A DNA stretch of 64,000 nucleotides from Heptranchias perlo (lineage: Eukaryota): positions 62,001 to 126,000 of the forward strand of contig NW_027139272.1 in NCBI RefSeq assembly GCF_035084215.1. The letters are read 5' to 3'. Position 1 is the first letter of the stretch. Each line of letters starts with the position of its first letter. Below, piece after piece: positions 1-11,879 of the stretch. The notes beneath the pieces were generated by a model that was not told where the DNA came from, ran no database searches, and saw only the letters and a program-made list of their open reading frames with translations. Made by a program: the position numbers and the translations under genes.

Positions 1-415
1 TAGGGGGCATAATCTTAGAATAAGGGGCTGCTCTTTCAAAACTGAGATGAGGAGAAACTTCTTCACTCAGAGGGTGGTCGGTCTGTGGAATTTGCTGCCC
101 CAGGAAGCTGTGGAAGCTACATCATTAGATAAATTTAAAACAGAAATAGACAGTTTCCTAGAAGTAAAGGGAATTAGGGGTTATGGGGAGCGGGCAGGAA
201 ATTGGACATGAAGCTGAGTTCGGATCGGTCAATGCCCTGTGGGTGGCGGAGAGGGCCCAGGGGCTATGTGGCCGGGTCCTGCTCCGACTTCTTGTGTTCT
301 TTAGATTTGTGGTTGGGATCAGATCAGCCATGATCTTATTGAATGGCGGAGCAGGCTCGAGGGGCCGATTGGCCTACTCCTGCTCCAATTTCTTATGTTC
401 TTATGTTCTTATGTA
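1..415 (+). mobile_element. CR1 LINE 3' end fragments
   Basis: Encodes the CR1 ORF2 C-terminal motif (RGHNL...MRRNFFTQRVVGLWNLLP) and ends in an 8-bp tail repeat (TTCTTATG)n at ~390-415. Confidence 0.85.
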
Positions 416-621
416 AGATACTGCAATAGGGAGGGAAGCACAGACTTCGAGGTACTGTGCGAGGAGAACTGGGCAACAGGAAGTGGGCAACAATCAATTT
501 CAAGAATTCGACCAAGGATTCTTTGAATTCGGGATCAAAGAACAAACCTGGATCATGGACTGGAAATCTGCCAACCTATTGAACCGATATAAAAGATGCG
601 CCCTGATCTGTAAGGAACCAC

Positions 622-1680
622 ATAATGATCCAGAGGAGGAAGAGAGTGGTAAGGAAAAGGTCCCTATGAGGCTAGTTTGAAATTGGAGGATTCGGTATTG
701 CGACTGGTTGGAATATCTCATCAGTTAAGGCTTTAGAAAGTCAGGTTGACAAATTTACAAAACATATCCAGATAGGTCTGCCTCTGGATGAAATTGAGAC
801 TATTATGGACTTAAAAACTCTGGCCAGAGTAGCCGACAAACAAGTAGATGTAATCAACCGATAGCCTTTAGACCAGGTACACCTACTATATATCCACAAC
901 AGATAGTAAACATCTTGAGCAGATCATTAGAACAAATAATACAGGGAGGCATCCGTGTCGATCTATTAAATACTAAAACCATCCGAGTCCAGTATGGCCA
1001 ACGTCACAATCTGGTTGGAAAGGATACGGACGAGTCAAAGTATAAAATTCCGTCAGCTATACTCTTATGATTTTGGGCAAGTTGTACCAGGTATACTGGA
1101 GTAGACTTATAAAGACATCCAAAAACAGGGCAGGTCCCTTCTCTGAAACTTGACTTGAGCAAGAAACCCTCCCCCCAACAAAGATGATCCTACATCTGTC
1201 CATTTAGAATTGAGAATGTTAGTGCGACGTTGAATCTCTGATGCTGAGAGGGGCGTGATTTATTACATCCACCCGATTGTGAACATTGGACGTGTTAAGA
1301 AAAGTGTAAGGGAAATGCACAGCCAGCCTATATTGTCTATACTGAAGTATCAGAAGGATGGAGGGGACTGTAAACAGTTAGGGTCCCACTTCCTTTGGCT
1401 CCTGTTCGGATATTAATGAATATATCACACAACAGAAACTATACATATATATATATATATATATATATATGTTTAGAGAGAGACTCTCGGTGGTCTCCAT
1501 GGTGATATATTGAGCACATACATGCAAATGTATGAACAACTGAGTGATTGCTATGAGCGATGTGAGTATGCTTTAAAAATGATGGGGATTAATATTTCAA
1601 AGAGAAAAACTCTTAGTTAACTGAACCACATCAATCAACAGCAGGACAACACTGGATGGACATTAACTCCCAATTTATCA
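622..1680 (+). pseudogene. Decayed viral/LTR-element envelope (class I fusion protein-like) remnant
   Basis: Manual translation from 622: IMIQRRKRVVRKR|SL*G*FEIGGFGIATGWNISSVKALESQVDKFTKHIQIGL. This reads as a polybasic furin-type site, a Gly-rich hydrophobic peptide and a heptad-like stretch. Further fragments downstream (QIVNILSRSLEQIIQGGI; VIYYIHPIVNIG). Multiple stops and frameshifts. Confidence 0.5.
1445..1470. repeat. (AT)n microsatellite
   Basis: Pure AT dinucleotide run. Confidence 0.95.
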
Positions 1681-2770
1681 GTCATCTAAGTTTGAACCAG
1701 ACAAGGATAATTAACTAACACGAACTTGTTTAACAGCTGTAAAAACACAATTAATACCATCATACAGTTAAGTTAGACTTTACAGTAAGAGCAAAGAGAT
1801 CAGAGAACCCAAACCACGACAGGTTCAACAGTATCTCAGCATTGTAGCAGTACAAGTTATAGATTTGGCAAGGTTAAGTTTACAGTCCATAGTCAATGCA
1901 TCACTGCTCAGTTTCCAGTGTTATGACTGTCCTTTCGGGATACAAGGTACACAACCTGTCCTTTTGTAGGAGGGTGGCTGCTGTGACATTGGGCAGTTCC
2001 ACCTTCCTCTGTGATGCTCAGGCTCCACCTCATGGTCATTGTCATCTTTCTTTCGTTGTTTTCTAGCTTTAGCAAAACCTGGTCAGTGCTAGAATTCTGT
2101 TCTATTTCACTGAACTTCATCACCTGTAGCAGTACATGTTGCATTATTTTGCTTCTGCTTAGCTGAAGACTACCATAAGACTTCCAAATTCTGCTTTTAA
2201 ACACCTTCTAGCTTTCAAAGAATGCTTCAAATCTCTTTACAACTTTCTCTCAACCTTCTAGCCTGTCTGAAAATTCTTGGCTTCTGAAACCCTTCTGATT
2301 GCAGAGGGGTGAAATGTGACTCCTTTAAATATCACTAAAAATTATATCTGTCTGACTCTTTTTGTTTGTGCCTGTCCCTCTTCTCCCCAGAGAGCAGAAG
2401 CATCTGTGCCTGTGTGTCTATCTTATCTGTGCCTGTTTTCTCTGTCTCTCTCCAGAGGATGGACGCATCACATCTGAAAGAGCATCTCCAAATTGTGGGG
2501 GAGATGCTCTTTCGTTAGTCACAGTATTTTTTAAAATTATATTATATCTTCCCCCAAGCCTTTTCTGTTCCAGTGGAAATAATCCTTGGTGTAGAAATCA
2601 GAACAGGATCTGTTCCATAGTCCAGGATATTACTGCAGAGAATATTAAATACTGGCAAAGTAAATAGAGATGATGTGTTAGTGTACAAACCAGTCACCAG
2701 CTGGCAGTGATCTGATTAGTCAAAACTGGGCATCTATTCAACCACAGGTAATAACTGACAAGTATGAGAT

Positions 2771-2824
2771 GTGTGTGTGAGAGAGAGAGAGAGAGCGAGA
2801 GAGTGCGAGCAAGAGAGAGAGAGA
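2771..2824. repeat. Compound (GT)n(GA)n microsatellite
   Basis: Seen directly. Confidence 0.9.
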
Positions 2825-3089
2825 TCAGGCCAGGCTTAGATGAAGATTGTGAATTCATGCTGAACACTCTATAAAGAACAGCTGAAAGAACTGGGGCTTT
2901 TCTTATTGGGAGATCTCAGCGATTTACAAAGTTCTGTGGGGGATTAGTGACAAGGAACGGTTACACTGGTCGGTGAGGCAGTAACAGGGGTGCATAGGCT
3001 CAGGACTGTCAGTGAACTGGGAGGGGAAAGTTGGAAAAAACTTTTCATTGAGATCATCGAATCTGACAGCACAGAAGGAGGCCAATCAG

Positions 3090-3410
3090 CCCATCATGCT
3101 CTTTGAAAGAGCTATCCAATTAATCTCACTCCCTTTTTCTTTCTCCACAGTCCTGCAAATTTTTGTTTTTCAAGTATATATCCAATTCCCGGTTGAAAGT
3201 TACTATTGAATCTGCTTCCACCGCCCTTTCAGGCAGTGTATTCTAGATAATTAACAACCCACTGCATAAAAACATTTCTCCTCATCTTGCCTTTGGTTCT
3301 TTTGCCAATTATCTTAAATCCGTGTCCTCTGAACACTTGGATTAAATGTCCCTTAACCTTCTCTGCTCTAAAGAGAACAATCCCAGCTTCTCTAATCTCT
3401 CCAAAGATAT
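3090..3410 (-). mobile_element. CR1 LINE 3' fragment
   Basis: Minus-strand translations LERLEKLGLFSLEQRRLRD and RGHGFKIIGKRTKGKMRRNVF. Confidence 0.8.
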
Positions 3411-3449
3411 GGAATGCTTTGCGAGGGGTGGCTGCTGGGGCAGAGATTC

Positions 3450-3856
3450 TAAAACATTGATATGGGGAATAGGACGTTTTTGGACACCGCACCTCAGGAA
3501 GGATATATTGGCCTTGAAGGGGCGCAGCACAGATTCATCAGAATTTACAGGGTTAAATTACGAGGGCAGAAGAGCATAAACTTGGATTATATTCCCTTGG
3601 GTTTAGAAGCTTTAGGGGTGATCTAACCGAAGTGTAAAAAATGATAATATATTCAATAGAGTAGATACAGGGAAGCCACAACATCGGAGCAAAATCTTAA
3701 AATTCGAGCAAGGTCATTCGGGAGTGAAATCAGGAAGCACTTTTTCACACAAAGGGGCATGGAAATCTGGGACTCTCTCCCCCCAACAGGCTGTGGATGC
3801 TGGGGGTCAATTGAAATTTTCAAGACTCAGATCAATAGATTTTCATTAGATAAGGA
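3450..3856 (+). mobile_element. Old CR1 LINE 3' fragment, interrupted by a younger CR1
   Basis: FWTPHLRKDILAL and RKHFFTQRG..WDSLP CR1 motifs, degenerate. Confidence 0.7.
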
Positions 3857-5688
3857 TAGAATCATAGAATCATAGAAGTTTACAACATGGAAACAGGCCC
3901 TTCGGCCCAACATGTCCATGTCGCCCAGTTTATACCACTAAGCTCGTCCCAATTGCCTGCACTTGGCCCATATCCCTCTATACCCATCTTACCCATGTAA
4001 CTGTCCAAATGCTTTTTAAAAGACAAAATTGTACCCGCCTCTACTACTGCCTCTGGCAGCTCGTTCCAGACACTCACCACCCTTTGAGTGAAAAAATTGC
4101 CCCTCTGGACCCTTTTGTATCTCTCCCCTCTCACCTTAAATCTATGCCCACTCGTTATAGACTCCCCTACCTTTGGGAAAAGATTTTGACTATCTACCTT
4201 ATCTATGCCCCTCATTATTTTATAGACTTCTATAAGATCACCCCTAAACCTCCTACTCTCCAGGGAAAAAAGTCTCAGTCTATCCAACCTCTCCCTATAA
4301 GTCAAACCATCAAGTCCCGGTAGCATCCTAGTAAATCTTTTCTGCACTCTTTCTCGTTTAATAATATCCTTTCTATAATAGGGTGACCAGAACTGTACAC
4401 AGTATTCCAAGTGTGGCCTTACTAATGTCTTGTACAACTTCAACAAGACATCCCAACTCCTGTATTCAATGTTCTGACCAATGAAACCAAGCATGCTGAA
4501 TGCCTTCTTCACCACCCTATCCACCTGTGACTCCACTTTCAAGGAGCTATGAACCTGTACTCCTAGATCTCTTTGTTCTATAACTCTCCCCAACGCCCTA
4601 CCATTAACGGAGTAGGTCCTGGCCCGATTCGATCTACCAAAATGCATCACCTCACATTTATCTAAATTAAACTCCATCTGCCATTCATCGGCCCATTGGC
4701 CCAATTTATCAAGATCCCGTTGCAATCCTAGATAACCTTCTTCACTGTCCACAATGCCACCAATCTTGGTGTCATCTGCAAACTTACTAACCATGCCTCC
4801 TAAATTCTCATCCAAATCATTAATATAAATAACAAATAACAGCGGACCCAGCACCGATCCCTGAGGCACACCGCTGGTCACAGGCCTCCAGTTTGAAAAA
4901 CAACCCTCTACAACCACCCTCTGTCTTCTGTCGTCAATCCAATTTTGTATCCAATTGGCTACCTCACCTTGGATCCCGTGAGATTTAACCTTATGTAACA
5001 ACCTACCATGCGGTACCTTGTCAAAGGCTTTGCTAAAGTCCATGTAGACCACGTCTACTGCACAGCCCTCATCTATCTTCTTGGTTACCCCTTCAAAAAA
5101 CTCAATCAAATTCGTGAGACATGACTTTCCTCTCACAAAACCATGCTGACTGTTCCGAATCAGTCCCTGCCTCTCCAAATGCCTGTAGATCCTGTCTCTC
5201 AGAATACCCTCTAACAACTTACCCACTACAGATGTCAGGCTCACCGGTCTGTAGTTCCCAGGCTTTTCCCTGCCGCCCTTCTTAAACAAAGGCACAACAT
5301 TTGCTACCCTCCAATCTTCAGGCACCTCACCTGTAGCTGTCGATGATTCAAATATCTCTGCTAGGGGACCCACAATTTCCTCCCTAACCTCCCATAACGT
5401 CCTGGGATACATTTCATCAGGTCCCGGAGATTTATCTACCTTGATGCGCGTTAAGACTTCCAGCACCTCCCTCTCTGTAATATGTACACTCCTCAAGACA
5501 TCACTATTTATTTCCCCAAGTTCCATAACATCCAGGCCTTTCTCAACCGTAAATACCGATGTGAAATATTCATTTAGGATCTCACCCATCTCTTGTGGTT
5601 CCGCACATAGATGACCTTATTGATCCTTAAAAGGACCTACTCTCTCCCTGGTTACTCTTTTGCCCTTTATGTATTTGTAGAAGCTTTG
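3857..5688 (-). mobile_element. Young 5'-truncated CR1 LINE with uninterrupted RT ORF (3880-5589)
   Basis: 569-aa ORF with RT motifs NYRPVSLTS, DFSKAFD, GVPQGSVLGP and FADD; (TAGAATCA)n tail at 3857-3877; no endonuclease domain. Confidence 0.95.
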
Positions 5689-6515
5689 GGATTGATACAG
5701 GGCTATGGAGAGAGTGGGTCAGTGAGATTAGTTGGGGATTGATACAGGGCAATGGGGAGAGAATGGGTCAGTGGGATTAGTTTGGGATTGATACAGGGCT
5801 ATGTGGAGAGAGTGGGGCAGTGGGATTAGTTTGGGATTGATATAGGGCTATGGGGAGAGAGTGGGTCAGTGGGATTAGTTTGGGATTGATACAGGGCTAT
5901 GGGGAGAGAGTGAGGCAGTGGGATTAGTTTAGGATTGATGCAGGGCTATGGGGAGAGAGCGGGACAGTGGGATTAGTTTACTATTGATACAGGGCTATGG
6001 GGATAGAGTGGGGCAGTGGGATTAGTTTGGGATTGATACAGGGCTCGGGGGGAGAGGGGGTCACTGGGATTAGTTTGGGATTGATGCAGGGCTGTGGGGA
6101 GAGAGTGGTGCAGTGGAATTCGTTTGGGATTGATACAGGGCTACGGGGAGAGAGTGGGTCAGTGGGATTAGTTTGGGATTGATACGGGGATATGGGGAGA
6201 GAGTGGGGCAGTGGGATTAGTTTGGGATTGATACGGGGATGTGGGGAGAGAATGGGGCAGTGGGATTAGTTTGGGATTGATACAGGGATATGGGGAGAGA
6301 GTGGGACAGTGGGATTAGTTTGGGATTGATACAGGGCTATGGGGAGAGAATGGGGCGGTGGGATTAGTTTCGGATTGATACAGGGCTATGGGGAGAGAGT
6401 GGGACAGTGGGATTAGTTTGGGATTGATGCAGGGCTATGCGGAGAGAGTGGGGCAGTGGGATTAGTGGGATTGATACAGGGCTATGGAGAGAGGGCGGGG
6501 CAGTGGGATTAGTTT
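5689..6515. repeat. 49-bp minisatellite derived from a CR1 3' end
   Basis: Unit GGGATTGATACAGGGCTATGGGGAGAGAGTGGGGCAGTGGGATTAGTTT, ~17 copies; resembles the CR1 end at ~17290-17335. Confidence 0.92.
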
Positions 6516-6804
6516 GTCAAAGGAGATTCCTTGCCTCAAATCCCTGGGGAATCTGACAGAACAATACTGGGGTGGGGAGGTTTTACCCTGAAATTCCACA
6601 GGTCTCTCTTCGCTTCTTAACCACGTCCAATATCAGCTGCAGCACCTTTCATTCCATGAGACCCATTTCCAATTTCCTTTTCCTCTTCAAATTCCTTGAA
6701 CGTGCTGTCTCCTCCTGAATCCGTGCCCATCTTTCCCACAACTCCAAGTTTGAACCTCTCCAATCAGGTTTCCACCCCTACTACAGATCCAAAACATCCC
6801 TAAA

Positions 6805-7258
6805 CGTCCACAAGTGACATCCTCTGTAACTGTGACTGTAGACATTGTCCCTCCTTGACCTCTCTGTGGCCTTTGACATGGTTGACCACACCTCCTTCTC
6901 CAATACCTCTCCTCCATTGTCCATCTCAGCAGGACTGCCCTCACCTGGTTCCACTCCTCCGCGTACAGTCATAGCCAGAAAATCTCCTGCAATGGTTCCT
7001 CTTCTCACCCTCGCCGTTACCTCTGGAGTCCCCCAAGGATCTGTCCTTGGCTGCCTCGTCGTCCTCATCTAGATGCTGCCTCTCTTGACGACGTTATCTG
7101 CAGCCATGGAGTCAGGTTCCACATGTATGCTGACGGCACCCAGCTCTACCTCACCACCACCTCCCTCGACCCCTCCGTCATCTTTCTGCTATCAGTCTGC
7201 TTGTCTAAAATCCAGTCCCGGATGAGCTGCAATTTCCTCCAGTTCAACACTGGGAACA
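6805..7258 (+). mobile_element. L2-clade LINE RT fragment
   Basis: LLDLSVAFDMVDH, SGVPQGSVLG and MYADGTQLYL motifs across frameshifts. Confidence 0.85.
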
Positions 7259-7529
7259 TTCCACCCTCTATTTGCCTGATCCCAAATCCTGGGAAGCAGA
7301 TCACCATTATTCGGTCACACATTGCTCGCTGTTGTCTGCCCTTAGAGGGCCAGAAATCAGGAGGAGCATCTCACTTCTCCACCCTGGGGAGGGGAGGGGA
7401 GGGAGGCTGCCCATTTCGGCTGAAGATTTTAATATTAAAAATTGCTGGCGATTCACCTGTGGCCCTTTCCTAATGTCTCTGCCACTGATTGCCATTCAGA
7501 GACCAGTATGAGGCTCACAACTCCATCCT

Positions 7530-7965
7530 AGTCCAGGACAAAGCAGTCCACTTGATCGGCATCCACGACCTTAAACTTCCTCCACCACCATGGCTGCAGT
7601 GTGTCCCATCCACAGGATGCTCTGCAGCAACTCGCCAAGGCTTCTTCGACAGCACCTCCCAAACCCGTGACCTCTACCACCTAGAAGGACAAGGGCAGCA
7701 GGTACATGGGAACAACACCACCTGCACGTTCCCCTCCAAGTCACACACCATCCCGACTTGGAAATATATCGCCGTTCCTTCATCGTCGCTGGGTCAAAAC
7801 CCTGGAACTCCCTTCCTAACAGCACTGTGGGAGAACCGTCACCACACGGACTGCAGCGGTTCAAGAAGACGGCTCACCACCCCCTTCTCAAGGGCAATTA
7901 GGGATGGGCAATAAATGCCGGCCTCGCCAGCGACGCCCACATCCCATGAATGAATTAAAAAAAAG
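7530..7965 (+). mobile_element. LINE (CR1/L2 group, family B) 3' fragment
   Basis: Near-identical to 28640-29095; ends GGGCAATAAATGCCGGCCTCGCCAGCGACGCCCACATCCCATGAATGAA followed by an A-rich tail. Confidence 0.88.
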
Positions 7966-8310
7966 AATATGGGGGTGATTTTAAAATGTTCGCCCGCTTC
8001 CTGCAGGTGTACTTTCTCCTGGCCTGCAGTACTGGTGGAACTGGTGGGATTTTTGGCAGGGGATGGGGTGGAGATGTGATCCTGCCAGTCTTTGTGATAT
8101 CACCATGGAAGGGGTGCAGCACAAGAGACCTCGCAGGAACAGGGTCCCAGTCCAAATTCCAGCCCTCCCCCCTCAGACTCAGGAATTTTGGGGCCATTGT
8201 GTTTTGCACGTTTGACATTCAAAGAAATAAAGATTTGCCAGACAGTTTTGTTTGCTGACAGTGTCCCTTTCAGAGGACAGATTGTGAAGTGAGTTTCACA
8301 ATAAACTGAG

Positions 8311-8328
8311 GGAAATGAAACTGAAAGT
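8311..8328 (+). promoter_or_regulatory. ISRE/IRF-binding element upstream of the TRIM gene
   Basis: GGAAATGAAACTGAAAGT has three GAAA cores and includes GAAA-NN-GAAA; it ends 35 bp before the ATG. Confidence 0.65.
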
Positions 8329-8362
8329 AAAGTGAGCGACAGAATAAGGAGCAGGAACTGAG

Positions 8363-8818
8363 ATGGCCGCCAGCAAACAGATCGTAACCCTGAGTGAGGA
8401 TTTAACCTGCTCCGTCTGCCTCTCTCTGTTTGTGGAGCCGGTGCGGCTGGACTGTGATCACAACTTCTGTAAATCCTGTATCGACAAGTGTTGGGACAAG
8501 CAGGGGGAGACCGTGTCCTGCCCGGAATGTCGGGTGGTTTTCCCCCGGAGAAACTACGGCAGGAACAGGGTGTTGGCCAATCTCTCCGAGAAAGCTCGGC
8601 AGCTGGACCTCAACCCAGACCCAGACCTGAACCTGAACCTGAACCCAGAGCTGATCCCGAACCCAGAGAAAGGTCGGTCTCACTGTGAGGAACATAATGA
8701 GAAACTGATGCTGTTCTGTGAGGAGGATGAGATCCTGATCTGTGCCAGTTGTGTAGATTCTCCCGCACATTCAGACCACAGGTTCCTGCCGGTCCAGAGG
8801 GCAGTTCAAAAGTACAAG
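8363..8818 (+). CDS. TRIM E3 ligase (RING-Bbox-CC-B30.2; TRIM39/TRIM69/A33-like), exon 1: RING + B-box2
   Basis: C3HC4 RING CSVC...CDHNFCKSC...CPEC; B-box2 CEEH...CEED...CASC...HSDH; donor AAG|GTGAGG at 8818/8819; phase 0. Confidence 0.95.
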
Positions 8819-8940
8819 GTGAGGGGTTTAAGTGAGCGACCCGTCTCCACGAAACGCAATAAGAGAAATATTGGTTAAGTGCCAGCATGAACTGATAGGG
8901 AGAGTGTCAGAAAGATTTGGCAGGGCCACGGGGGGAGAGA

Positions 8941-9586
8941 GTGTCTGTGTGAGAGGGTGGGGAGTTGGATGGGGTACAGTGTCTGTGTGAGAGGGTGGGG
9001 AGTTGGATGGGGTACAGTGTCTGTGTGAGAGGGTGGGGAGTTGGATGGGGTACAGTGTCTGTGTGAAAGGGTGGGGAGTTGGATGGGGTACAGTGTCTGT
9101 GTGAGAGGGTGGGGAGTTGGATGGGGTACAGTGTCTGTGTGAAAGGGTGGGGAGTTGGATGGGGTACAGTGTCTGTGTGTGAGAGGGTGGGGAGTTGGAT
9201 GGGGTCCAGTGTCTGTGTGAGAGGGTGGGGAGTTGGATGGGGTACAGTCTCTGTGTGAGAGGGTGGGGAGTTGGATGGGGTACAGTGTCTGTGTGAGAGG
9301 GTGGGGAGTTGGATGGGGTACAGTGTCTGTGTGAAAGGGTGGGGAGTTGGATGGGGTCCAGTGTCTGTGTGAGAGGGTGGGGAGTTGGATGGGGTACAGT
9401 GTCTGTGTGAGAGGGTGGGGAGTTGGATGGGGTACAGTGTCTGTGTGAGAGGGTGGGGAGTTGGATGGGGTACAGTGTCTGTGTGAGAGGGTGGGGAGTT
9501 GGATGGGGTACAGTGTCTGTGTGAAAGGGTGGGGAGTTGGATGGGGTACAGTGTCTGTGTGAGAGGGTGGGGAGTTGGATGGGGTA
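8941..9586. repeat. 38-bp G-rich minisatellite (TRIM intron 1)
   Basis: Unit GTGTCTGTGTGAGAGGGTGGGGAGTTGGATGGGGTACA, ~17 copies. Confidence 0.95.
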
Positions 9587-10349
9587 TATTGTCTCTGTTC
9601 TGGGTCTGGAGAGGGTAAAACTCCCTCGGTGAACTGAGACAGGGGGTTGGATGTTGGAGAATTACTGTTCAGGTAACTTTCGGTCTGGTTGGTCTGTTGA
9701 AAATACAAATGTCATTGTAGGAACTTGGTTTGTCCCAGTGTTGTTTGCGCTGATTTTTTAACATATAATATTTCTGCAATGTTAGATTCAGTTTATAAGG
9801 GACGAACTCCCAAGGTTGCACACACAATGATTTTGTTTACAATGAGCCAGTAGCCTTGAATTATTCTCAACCACAGTGACTTAAAATGTGAATGAACAAT
9901 TGGAGGGTCAATGTGTACAATGTCAAGCATGACGAGCCATTGTGTGAAGATCAGTCTGTGCAATACCTGAGGATCCAGGTATCCTCCCATTCCATTGTCC
10001 CAGCAGGGGGCTTAGCTGAAACCGACACATAAACGCTCTGCTGTTGCCTCATCAGTGGGTCGGTGTTCCACGGCAGGGGTCATAACATTGATTGACAGTT
10101 CAGTGGGCGGAATTCTCCATCTCATAGACTTACGGCAGGTGACAAATAAGTCTCTCTCTCTCTCTCTCCCAGACAGGGGGACTGAGCTGTGTTCTCACAT
10201 CAGCAGTGAGACGTTGTCCACAAATTCAAAGTCTGGACCAGCTCATTTGAAAAGCTTAGCGAGAGAAGGTTTGAAGAGTGTGTATCTTTATTGTATTTAA
10301 TAACTGGGGAGTGAGGGAACTGATTGTTTTCAGTGTGAAAGCCATATAG

Positions 10350-10715
10350 ACTTGCATGGAATTACATACAATGTACAGCAGAGAAACAGGCCATTCGGCC
10401 CAACAGGTCCATGCCGGCATTTATGCTCCACACAAGCCTCTTCCCACCCCTCTTCTAACTTTATCAGCACATCCTTGTGTCCCTTTCACCCTCATGTGAT
10501 TATCTCGCTTCCCCTTAAACGTATCTGTACTATTCGCCTCAACTACTCCTTGTGGTAGTGAGTTCCACATTCTAACTACTCTCTGGGTAAAGAAGCTTGT
10601 TCTGAATTCCTTATTAGATTAATTACTGACTATCTTATATTTATGGCCCCTAGTTCTGGTCTCCCCCACAAGTGGAAACATTTTCTCTCCGTCTACCCTA
10701 TCAAACCCTTTCATA
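10350..10715 (-). mobile_element. CR1 LINE 3' fragment
   Basis: Reverse complement resembles the CR1 3' ends at 12830-13150 and 61830-62130. Confidence 0.75.
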
Positions 10716-10912
10716 TATTTAATATAACATAAACCAGTTGTTGGTTTGAAGCTGTGCCTGGTTTGATTGGGTACTTTTCACTCTGCCTCTTGTAAAGAAA
10801 GGGGTACACACTAGTAACACATGTAATATTCCCTGAACGTCCGACCCCACTGTTTTGGAATACAATGGCTGACATTGAAATGGATTATGATGAGATCTGA
10901 TTCCATTTTTAG

Positions 10913-11008
10913 GACCAGCTGAAATTGTCCTTGGATTCCATGGAGGATGAAAAGAAAAGTAAAAGTGAATTAAAACGGCGGCAGGAGGAGAAGATTTCAG
11001 AACTGAAT
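10913..11008 (+). CDS. TRIM exon 2 (coiled-coil, 96 bp)
   Basis: TTTTTAG|GAC...AAT|GTAAGT; DQLKLSLDSMEDEKKSKSELKRRQEEKISELN; 96 bp is the typical size for this TRIM exon. Confidence 0.92.
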
Positions 11009-11088
11009 GTAAGTCCTACTTACGTCACCTTTAAACACTGCGGCCCTTTAACAACCTGCAGCTTAAATGATCTCTCTCACCATCTTAG

Positions 11089-11322
11089 GAGCTCACAGGA
11101 TCCCTGGAGCAAGACATCGCTGCACAATTTGCCAAAATTCATCAATATCTTGAAGACAAAGAGAAACATTTAATGGAAGAGCTGAGGAGGCAAAAGGAGG
11201 AAGATCTGCGACCAATGGAGAAGAACTTGAAAAGAATTGAGGAGGAACTGAGATCACTTGAGGAGAACATATTGAACCTTTGTGCAGACATCGAGCAGCA
11301 AGACAGTATCTCTTTTCTCAAG
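11089..11322 (+). CDS. TRIM exon 3 (coiled-coil, 234 bp)
   Basis: CTTAG|GAG...AAG|GTGATC; ELTGSLEQDIAAQFAKIHQYLEDKEKHLMEEL...DSISFLK. Confidence 0.92.
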
Positions 11323-11879
11323 GTGATCCTTTATAAACCAATCCCCAACCTGTTGGTGTAAGTGGAAACAGCACATTATAATAGGGCTCAAACCACATCA
11401 CAACATTGCACAACGTGCAGTATAACTGAGGACAAACAGGTATCAGTCCAGTTTGAGCTCTGACTGTGGAGGAGACTGTCTGAACCTGTCAGGTATAACA
11501 GTATCTTCCTGTATAACTGGAACCAGATGACAATGTCCAAAAAAGGACTGTTACAGAAGAAATGGGCTGCAGGAGGGGTAAAGAGACTTGTGGGGAACAT
11601 TGAGGCAGCAATCGGAAATCATTCAAAGTAGATAGGTGGAGGGAGGAAAGCAGATTCAGCCGAGACAAGTCGTAGATCAGAAGGTCGTTGGCAGCGGGTC
11701 GAGACACAGAAGGGTATAAATTCGCCAAAGACGGTCGTGCAAAACAGGCGATAACGAATCGACAGCCTGTTTTACATTGCACCCAATTTTCATTTGCAGT
11801 CAATGGACTGACTCGTCCATACAGGTCAGAGAAAGTTGTGATCACACTGTGCAGTTACTCTGATCAGACCCCACTTTGA

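Noticed and set aside
1680-2700. Possible LTR belonging to the env remnant
   Set aside because: No polypurine tract, terminal motifs or second copy could be identified
8875-9708. 277-aa His/Pro/Thr-rich ORF, and similar ORFs at 13823-14391, 18182-19816 and 47599-48671
   Set aside because: Tandem-repeat artefacts
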